Below, in pieces: positions 33,021 through 39,520 of a DNA stretch of 39,520 nt. A program made the translations under genes and the position numbers. Numbering within the stretch: position 1 is the stretch's first letter; every line of letters starts with the position of its first letter. Origin of the DNA: Planctomycetota bacterium (GTDB taxonomy: Bacteria > Planctomycetota > B15-G4); NCBI GenBank assembly GCA_036229545.1, contig JAZALG010000091.1:1-39520 (forward strand). Reading direction: 5' to 3'. The notes beneath the pieces were generated by a model that saw only the letters and a list, made by a program, of their open reading frames with translations, made no database searches and had not been told where the DNA came from.

Positions 33021-35729
33021 ATGACCACATCGAATACAGCCAACGGAGAGATGGAAACGCGCTACGACCCGGCCCAGGTCGAAAGCGAGATCCGAAGTCT
33101 CTGGGAAGAAGGGAAGGCTTCTGTGGCCGGGCAGCGTCCTGACGCCGAGCCCTTTACCATGATGATGCCTCCCCCCAATGTGACGGGCGTCCTGCACATG
33201 GGGCACGCCTTGAACGGAACACTCCAGGACATCGTTGCCCGACACCGTCGTTTGAGTGGCCATGACGTGTTGTGGGTTCCGGGAACAGATCACGCAGGGA
33301 TTGCGACTCAGGCGGTCGTCGAAAAGAAGTTGTACGCCGAAACGGGACAGACGCGGGAGGACGTGGGGAGAGAGGCCTTCCTTGAGAAGGTCTGGAGTTG
33401 GAAGGAGGAGCACGGCAACACCATCCTTGAGCAGTTCAAGAGGCTGGGTTCCTCATGTGATTGGACACGGACTCATTTCACCCTCGATCCCGGGTTTTCT
33501 CAGGCGGTTCGTGTGGCCTTTGTCCGTCTCTGGGAGCAGGGCCTAGTCTATCGTGGCGCTCGACTCGTGAACTGGGATTGCGTCTTGCAGACGGCCATCA
33601 GCGATGACGAGATCGAGCATCAACAGGTCAAAGGGCATCTCTGGCATATGCGTTACCCCGTTAAGGGCGAGGAGGGCCGCACCATCACCGTGGCGACAAC
33701 CCGCCCCGAGACGATGCTGGGCGATAGCGGCGTGGCGGTTCACCCTGACGACGCCCGCTACAAGGATCTCCAGGGAAAGACCCTCCTTCTCCCCCTGATC
33801 GATCGTGAGATTCCGGTTGTGGCAGATGACACCGTGGATCCAGAGTTTGGGTCCGGTGCAGTGAAGATCACTCCAGGCCACGATCCGAATGACTATGACC
33901 GTGGAATTCGCTTTGATCTCCCCCTCCATTCCATCCTAGAGAGAGATGGGACGCTCTCGGAGTCCGCGGGGGATTACGCGGGGATGACCAGAGAAAAGGC
34001 ACGAGAGCAGGTGCTGGCTGACCTTGAGAAGTTGGGCCTTCTTGAGAAGGTTGAGGACCACGAACATGCTGTGCCCCTTTCCGATCGGTCGAAGAGTCCT
34101 GTTGAGCCGCTCGTTTCCGAACAGTGGTTTGTGAAGATGGAACCTCTCGCCGATCCCGCCATCAGGGCGGTCAAGACAGGAGCGCTTCGTTTTCAACCTG
34201 CTCGGTGGTCAAAGGTCTATCTGGAATGGCTGGAAAATGTCCGAGATTGGTGCATCAGTCGCCAACTTTGGTGGGGGCATCGGATCCCTGTGTGGTACGA
34301 CGAAGACGGTGAACCGACGGCTTCGGTCGAGGATTTAGAACTCGGCAGTCCGCACCCCGTGACGGGCAAGCCCATCGTTCGGCAGGATGAGGACGTGCTC
34401 GATACCTGGGCTTCCTCGTGGCTGTGGCCTATCGCCACTCTTGGTTGGCCTGAAAAAACAGACAGTCTCCAGCGGTATTACCCGACTCAGTTCCTCTCCA
34501 CCGGAAGTGAAATCATTTATCTCTGGGTCGCTCGAATGGTCATGTCCGGCTATGCGTTTATGGATGATCTCGCCGAGGATGAGCGATGTCCGTTTGAGAC
34601 CTGCTACATCCACGCCACGGTCCTTGATGAAAAGGGCCGGCGGATGTCGAAGAGCCTGGGGAATGGGATTGACCCCATCGACATGATCGACCAGTACGGC
34701 GCCGATGGGATCCGCTTTGCCTTGGTGATGCTCACCAAGGAGGGGCAGGACACCCGGCTTTCACCTGAGAAGTTCGAAATGGGCCGAAACTTTGTCAACA
34801 AGATCTGGAACGCATCACGATTTGTTTTGGGCAGAGCTGGCAGACTGCCCTCTCTCAATCCTGACCAGGCGGTTGCACTCGAAGATCGATGGATCTTGTC
34901 CCGCCTTGCCGCCACAACGGCCGAGGTCACTTCTGACCTCGAAGGCTACCGCTTCAACGAAGCGGGGCAGAGGTTGTATCGGTTCGTATGGAACGACGTG
35001 TGTGATTGGTATGTCGAAGCGGTGAAGCCCCGGTTGGATGGCGATTCTCCAGACCCTGTCGCGGCAGCGATTCTAGGGCGCGTGCTGACGGACATGCTGA
35101 CCCTGCTTCACCCCTTTATCCCCTTCGCGACAGAGGCGATCTGGCAGAGACTTCGGACAAGTACGGAGGTCGAATTGGACGAACTTCTCATGCTCTCTCC
35201 CTGGCCCGAGGGGAAGGACCTGACTCAAGATGAGACTGTTGAAATGTCGGTGGGCGCTGCTCAGACGGTGGTGTCTTCTTTGAGAAAGTTGCGGCAGCAG
35301 AACAATGTGGGAGATCGAAAACCGGTCCGGGTGACGGTTGCTGTGGGGAGGGAAGCAACTCTTGTCAGCTTGCAGCAGGCCGAAGAGTTGCTGTGCCGAT
35401 TGGGTGATGTTGAATCATTGGACATGGGGGTGGATCCGCATCGTCCGGAGGGTGTTGCTGCGGATGTGACCGATGGCATGGAGATCCTCCTCGATCTCGA
35501 AGGTCTCGTTGATCGTGTGGCGCAGAAGGAAGACCTGACCCGGAATCTGGGAAAGATTGCTGCAGCACTTCACGTGGTGGAAGGAAAGCTCTCTGACGAG
35601 AACTTTGTCGCGAAGGCTCCTGCCGAGGTCGTGGATCGAGAGCGGAGCAGAAAGAACGATCTGGACGAAGAGAAGGCCAGAATCGAACAGCTTCTATCGG
35701 CTCTCTCGGACTCAGGATCCTCCGACTAA
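33021..35729 (+). CDS. valS: valine--tRNA ligase
   Basis: PPPNVTGVLHMGHA (HIGH), GTDHAGIATQ, the editing-domain TTRPETMLGD, KMSKSLGN, and a C-terminal coiled coil. 902 aa. Confidence 0.95.
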   Translation: MTTSNTANGEMETRYDPAQVESEIRSLWEEGKASVAGQRPDAEPFTMMMPPPNVTGVLHMGHALNGTLQDIVARHRRLSGHDVLWVPGTDHAGIATQAVVEKKLYAETGQTREDVGREAFLEKVWSWKEEHGNTILEQFKRLGSSCDWTRTHFTLDPGFSQAVRVAFVRLWEQGLVYRGARLVNWDCVLQTAISDDEIEHQQVKGHLWHMRYPVKGEEGRTITVATTRPETMLGDSGVAVHPDDARYKDLQGKTLLLPLIDREIPVVADDTVDPEFGSGAVKITPGHDPNDYDRGIRFDLPLHSILERDGTLSESAGDYAGMTREKAREQVLADLEKLGLLEKVEDHEHAVPLSDRSKSPVEPLVSEQWFVKMEPLADPAIRAVKTGALRFQPARWSKVYLEWLENVRDWCISRQLWWGHRIPVWYDEDGEPTASVEDLELGSPHPVTGKPIVRQDEDVLDTWASSWLWPIATLGWPEKTDSLQRYYPTQFLSTGSEIIYLWVARMVMSGYAFMDDLAEDERCPFETCYIHATVLDEKGRRMSKSLGNGIDPIDMIDQYGADGIRFALVMLTKEGQDTRLSPEKFEMGRNFVNKIWNASRFVLGRAGRLPSLNPDQAVALEDRWILSRLAATTAEVTSDLEGYRFNEAGQRLYRFVWNDVCDWYVEAVKPRLDGDSPDPVAAAILGRVLTDMLTLLHPFIPFATEAIWQRLRTSTEVELDELLMLSPWPEGKDLTQDETVEMSVGAAQTVVSSLRKLRQQNNVGDRKPVRVTVAVGREATLVSLQQAEELLCRLGDVESLDMGVDPHRPEGVAADVTDGMEILLDLEGLVDRVAQKEDLTRNLGKIAAALHVVEGKLSDENFVAKAPAEVVDRERSRKNDLDEEKARIEQLLSALSDSGSSD

Positions 35730-37390
35730 AGGCCTTCTCCATCCAACTGGATGGGGAGGACGAAGTGCGGGACCTTTGAGGCGGTGTTGTTCAGAACGAA
35801 ATCGAGTGTCCAGAGGCGCCCAGCATTGCTTTCTGTGGCGCTGATGGGGCGCGTTTCGGATTCATTGATGTCACCGGTTTTTTGCCAGGCGACGACGGCA
35901 TTGTTGGCGTTGTAGTACAGAAAGATGTCCTGATCTTGAGGAAAGTCGATGTCTTGATTGATGTGGTCCACGACGCCTGGCCAGGGAGCGGCAGCACCGA
36001 GATTCGGCACATCGGGAGGCTTACTTTCAGCCTCGTCGGTACTTTCCTCATCTTTTTTTGACTGACTCGACCCCGAACGCCGTTCTTTCTTCATGCGTTC
36101 CTTGTAAGCCTTGGATTCCCCCTTCCCTTTCCAGCAGAGGGTGTAGTCACCCGGAGGAAGAATGTAGGGCACCTCAATGGCCATCTCTTCTCGAGACATG
36201 GTCTTCGTTGGCATGTCTGTCATGACAATGGGTTCACTGCTGGTAAGAACCCCAAGGGCCACGGGCTCATCGACACCGGATCTTCGAAGAGAGGAAAGGC
36301 GGCTGCCCTTTTTCTGGCCCCTGGTTCCGAAGGCGAGATGTCGATATTCGATGATGACCTGGTCGGCGACATCGAAGGTGGTGATTTCTCGACCGAACAT
36401 TCCCACATAGTCGAGTTCTGACGACGCGAACTGGGGTGAACCGAGTCGCTGGAATGCTGTTGCGAGGACGTCTCCGCAAGGCGTCATGGCGCGGGAGGCG
36501 CGAAATCCTAAAGCGGCATCACTGTCCATGGTGTTGATGCCACCGCGAAAGTCGATGCGGGTCAGCATGCGGGTGGCTCCGAAGTGACCGCCCTTGACGA
36601 CCTTTTGTGCGCTATTGAATTGAGGAGTGATCGTTTGAGTTTTTCTCCCCACCTTTTGGCGAAGAGGTTGGTAGTCGTCAAACTGCTTGAACGGTGAGGA
36701 GGTCCACTCGCTGACATTGCCCGCGAGATTCATGACGGCATAGGGACTTGCACCGAGGGGGTGTGTTCCCACGGTGACTGGCGTCTGAGGAATCGTCAGA
36801 CCCGACTGGCAGGCTCGCGGATCAAATCGATCTCCCCATGGCCACAGACGGTTGTCGTCACCTCTGGAGGCACGAGCCCACTCGAACTCGGTGGGAAGGC
36901 GCTTTCCGGACCACTCAAGGTAGTCGCGGATTTCCGGGTAGTTCACATTGGTGATGGGGAATTGTTCCTGCCCTTCTGGGATCTCTCCGCCGGGCCATCC
37001 GTACTCCACGAGGGCCTCGCTTGGCTTGCGTTCCGTTGCGATTAGAAAGGTCTTCCACTGGAGATTTGAAACTTCCGTGACGTCGATGAAGAAGGCATCG
37101 ATGAGTTGGACGTGGAAGGGTGTCTGTGCCATCAGGTTGGTCATCGCAATGATGTCTCGGCCAGCGAGTTCCTCGACCATGTCGATGTCGATGCCGATCT
37201 GGGTCTCTCCGCCTGGGATGTGAACCATGCCAGGTGGCGCGGCGATGACACTTTCCTCTCCGGTCTGTCGGATGACTCTTTGTAAGTCTTTGGCCAGCGA
37301 TCCAGCCTCTGGCGCGATGTACGCTGCCACCTGGACGGGGGGGGCAGGCTCGATGAAAACCAGGGTAAGAGAGAGGAAAAAGGAGATCAC
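35726..37390 (-). CDS. FGE-sulfatase (SUMF1)-fold domain protein lacking the catalytic Cys pair, with C-terminal extension
   Basis: VSNLQWKTFL, RLPTEFEWARASRG, NLAGNVSEWTS, VKGGHFGATRMLT and ALGFRASR follow the FGE-domain motif order. N-terminal hydrophobic signal/anchor. Lys/Glu-rich linker, then a ~150-aa unknown domain. GTG start. Confidence 0.7.
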   Translation of the reverse strand: MISFFLSLTLVFIEPAPPVQVAAYIAPEAGSLAKDLQRVIRQTGEESVIAAPPGMVHIPGGETQIGIDIDMVEELAGRDIIAMTNLMAQTPFHVQLIDAFFIDVTEVSNLQWKTFLIATERKPSEALVEYGWPGGEIPEGQEQFPITNVNYPEIRDYLEWSGKRLPTEFEWARASRGDDNRLWPWGDRFDPRACQSGLTIPQTPVTVGTHPLGASPYAVMNLAGNVSEWTSSPFKQFDDYQPLRQKVGRKTQTITPQFNSAQKVVKGGHFGATRMLTRIDFRGGINTMDSDAALGFRASRAMTPCGDVLATAFQRLGSPQFASSELDYVGMFGREITTFDVADQVIIEYRHLAFGTRGQKKGSRLSSLRRSGVDEPVALGVLTSSEPIVMTDMPTKTMSREEMAIEVPYILPPGDYTLCWKGKGESKAYKERMKKERRSGSSQSKKDEESTDEAESKPPDVPNLGAAAPWPGVVDHINQDIDFPQDQDIFLYYNANNAVVAWQKTGDINESETRPISATESNAGRLWTLDFVLNNTASKVPHFVLPIQLDGEGL

Positions 37391-37569
37391 TTGAGGTCAG
37401 TTCCCAGAGGTCTCAATGAGAGCGGTGTGGCAGTCTGCCCGTGCTGATTACCAAGGATGATGATAAGGGACGGAGTTAACTTCCGGCCATCCCACAGGGA
37501 TATAGTCTAGAGTCAGAAAACCGTAACAGAGCTGTTGTGGCTGTCAAGAAAGCCAGATGTGCGCACCAA

Positions 37570-38571
37570 ATGGCATCTCAAAAAGACATTTCTCACCCAG
37601 CAATCGATTCCAATGGGCACCTCAGTCTTGAGGTTTCTGATGGAGAGGCAGGTTCTCGTGTGGATCGCATGCTGGGGCGTTCCCTCGCTCCCCATTACTC
37701 CCGGTCTTATCTCACGGCGCTACTCGTGGAAGGGATTTTGACTGTTGATGGAAAGACGGTGCGGCCGGCATTTCGCGTCTCCACCGGCGCAATGATTGAG
37801 GGTGATCTCGGCGAGCCGACCGACGCTCTTCCCGGTCCGGAACCCATGGATATCGAGATCATTCATGAGGATGAATCGGTCATCATCGTCAACAAACCGA
37901 CGGACCTGATTATTCATCCTGGAAGTGGCTCCAGTTCTGGAACGCTGATCAACGGTTTGCTTCATCGTTATCCAGAGGTGTCTGTGGTTGGTCGGGCTGA
38001 ACGGCCGGGAATTGTTCATCGTCTCGACAAAAACACAACCGGGGTCATGGTGGTGGCGAGAACGAACGAGGCGGCTCGTTCCCTCGTCAATCAGTTCAAG
38101 GCCAAGACAGTCGAGAAAACATATGTCGCAATCGTCTGGGGAGAAATGCCCTTCGACAGTGATTGGATTGAACTCCAGATCGGGCCTCACCCTGCCCATC
38201 CACAGTTGCGGGCCGTGGTCTCGGACGGTGGGCAAACTGCATCAACTTTTTACGAAGTGAAAGAGCGGCTCGGCGTCGCCTCCCTTGTCCAAGTGACGCC
38301 CCGTTCAGGTCGGACCCATCAGATTCGAGTTCATCTCGAACACCTTGGATTTCCCGTCATCGGGGACGTTCAATATGGCCGACTTGCATTGGAGTCCTAT
38401 CGCCGATGGATCACGCATCTTCCCGAGCCTCCCGTGTTAGGTCGTCAGGCCCTTCACGCCCAGACTCTGTCTTTTGAACATCCTGTCACGGGGGAGCGGG
38501 TGGAGTATGAGGCGCCTCTCCCCTCAGATATGGAAGACCTCATCGAAAAGTTCAGGAGCGCTAAAGAGTGA
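37570..38571 (+). CDS. rluD: 23S rRNA pseudouridine synthase, RluD/RluA family
   Basis: S4-like segment (SRVDRMLG...[19 protein letters not shown]) and catalytic [23 protein letters not shown] is also present. ATG 37570 preferred; the track start is GTG 37537. Confidence 0.85.
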   Translation: MASQKDISHPAIDSNGHLSLEVSDGEAGSRVDRMLGRSLAPHYSRSYLTALLVEGILTVDGKTVRPAFRVSTGAMIEGDLGEPTDALPGPEPMDIEIIHEDESVIIVNKPTDLIIHPGSGSSSGTLINGLLHRYPEVSVVGRAERPGIVHRLDKNTTGVMVVARTNEAARSLVNQFKAKTVEKTYVAIVWGEMPFDSDWIELQIGPHPAHPQLRAVVSDGGQTASTFYEVKERLGVASLVQVTPRSGRTHQIRVHLEHLGFPVIGDVQYGRLALESYRRWITHLPEPPVLGRQALHAQTLSFEHPVTGERVEYEAPLPSDMEDLIEKFRSAKE

Positions 38572-39520
38572 CGAACGACTTTCAGCGTTGGCTTGAAGAG
38601 GTCTTCCTCCCATCTCTCCCCGAGGGTGCCTCCCCCTCTGCGACGACCGGCTCGGGCCTGCCCGTTCAACCCCTCTACGAGTCCGCTGACCCGACAGAGG
38701 AGATCGGCCGGCCCGGAGAGCCGCCCTTTACACGAGGCCCCTACTCCACCATGTATCGAGGGCGGCCCTGGACGATGCGCCAGTACTCTGGATTTTCAAC
38801 AGCTGAAGAAACGAACGCACGCTTTCGTTTCCTCCTCGACAAAGGACAGACGGGGCTCTCGGTGGCCTTCGACCTTCCCACTCAGATGGGCTATGACCCG
38901 GATGTCGATCTGGCCAAGGGGGAGGTGGGCAAGGTGGGGGTCTCGATCGCCACGCTGAAGGACATGGAACAACTGTTAGAGGGGATTCCCCTCGATGCGG
39001 TGACGATCTCCATGACGATCAATGCCACCGCTCCGATCCTCTTGGGGTTCCTCTTGGCCGTGGCCCGCAAGCAGGGCGTGGACCTCTCGGATTTAGGGGG
39101 GACGGTGCAGAATGATCTTTTGAAGGAGTACATCGCTCGAGGGACCTATCGCTTTCCTCCCAAGCCTTCCCTCCGGCTGGTGGGAGATGTGGTGGCCTAT
39201 TGTCACGAGCATCTCCCTAGCTTCCACCCCATCTCCATTAGCGGCTACCACATGCGGGAGGCGGGATGCACGGCGCCCCAGGAACTTGCCTTCACCCTGG
39301 CCAACGGCCTGTGCTATGTCGAGTCGGCGGTGAGCCGTGGACTTGACGTGAATGACTTTGCCGGCCAGTTGTCTTTTTTCTTCAACGCCCACAACGACCT
39401 TTTCGAAGAAGTCGCGAAGTTCAGGGCAGCACGAAGGATGTGGGCCCAACTCCTCAAAGAGCGCTTTGGTGCCACGAGCAACGAGGCGCTCCGTCTGCGC
39501 TTTCACACCCAGACGGCAGG
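38568..39520 (+). CDS. methylmalonyl-CoA mutase family, catalytic (substrate-binding barrel) domain; 5' partial, runs off the window
   Basis: Not in the ORF track because there is no stop before the window end. My translation from GTG 38568 reads [11 protein letters not shown]...[31 protein letters not shown]...[16 protein letters not shown]...[20 protein letters not shown]...[11 protein letters not shown]...FHTQTAG. In-frame TAA at 38562-38564 fixes the start at GTG 38568, with AGGAG 9 nt upstream. Confidence 0.85.
   Translation, partial: MTNDFQRWLEEVFLPSLPEGASPSATTGSGLPVQPLYESADPTEEIGRPGEPPFTRGPYSTMYRGRPWTMRQYSGFSTAEETNARFRFLLDKGQTGLSVAFDLPTQMGYDPDVDLAKGEVGKVGVSIATLKDMEQLLEGIPLDAVTISMTINATAPILLGFLLAVARKQGVDLSDLGGTVQNDLLKEYIARGTYRFPPKPSLRLVGDVVAYCHEHLPSFHPISISGYHMREAGCTAPQELAFTLANGLCYVESAVSRGLDVNDFAGQLSFFFNAHNDLFEEVAKFRAARRMWAQLLKERFGATSNEALRLRFHTQTA

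Noticed and set aside
1-39520. Whole window as a mobile element, prophage or defence island
   Set aside because: I saw no integrase, transposase, tRNA attachment site, flanking direct repeats, restriction/CRISPR/Cas, toxin-antitoxin or nucleotide-signalling defence genes. The only GGDEF gene is part of a chemosensory operon, and the UvrD-family helicase has the full housekeeping motif set. Composition looks uniform by eye apart from short AT-rich promoter patches.

Overview
Compact, GC-rich, almost fully coding bacterial chromosomal segment. I call about 38 protein genes. Most gaps are under 100 bp, and eight gene pairs have ATGA/GTGA start-stop overlaps. I recognised no rRNA, tRNA, CRISPR array, transposase, integrase, phage gene or known defence gene. 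All family calls come from motif recognition by eye on the supplied translations; no search or alignment was run.

Much of the content is housekeeping: ridA-like, argR, tatD-family, queG, arfB, uvrD/pcrA, nagZ, kdsA, apgM-type mutase, valS, rluD and the 5' part of a methylmalonyl-CoA-mutase-family gene.

The remaining genes give a PVC/Planctomycetota-like impression, which is an impression and not a result. They include a Thr-type sulfatase-fold protein, a Cys-less FGE-fold protein, an FHA-like protein paired with a zinc-ribbon membrane protein, an ECF sigma module, GT-C membrane proteins and an orphan sigma-28.

The most system-like element is a four-gene, translationally coupled chemosensory operon at 2105-7288: CheW, MCP, CheA-REC and REC-GGDEF. 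It resembles a stripped-down Wsp pathway with no CheR/CheB in the window and a strongly diverged MCP hairpin tip.

Other points worth a second look:
- an ECF sigma / zinc anti-sigma module whose anti-sigma and TPR parts form one reading frame broken by a single TAG
- an orphan envelope cluster at 9799-16470
- nagZ translationally coupled to a PtsN-like EIIA gene
- an IscU-like protein that lacks the third Cys ligand, sitting beside a 4-cluster ferredoxin with twin AT-rich palindromes between the two genes
- six of seven convergent gene junctions with at most 14 nt between stops, three of them with overlapping stop codons

I cannot show that any of this is a truly new system. The window looks like ordinary core genome with a few unusual variants.
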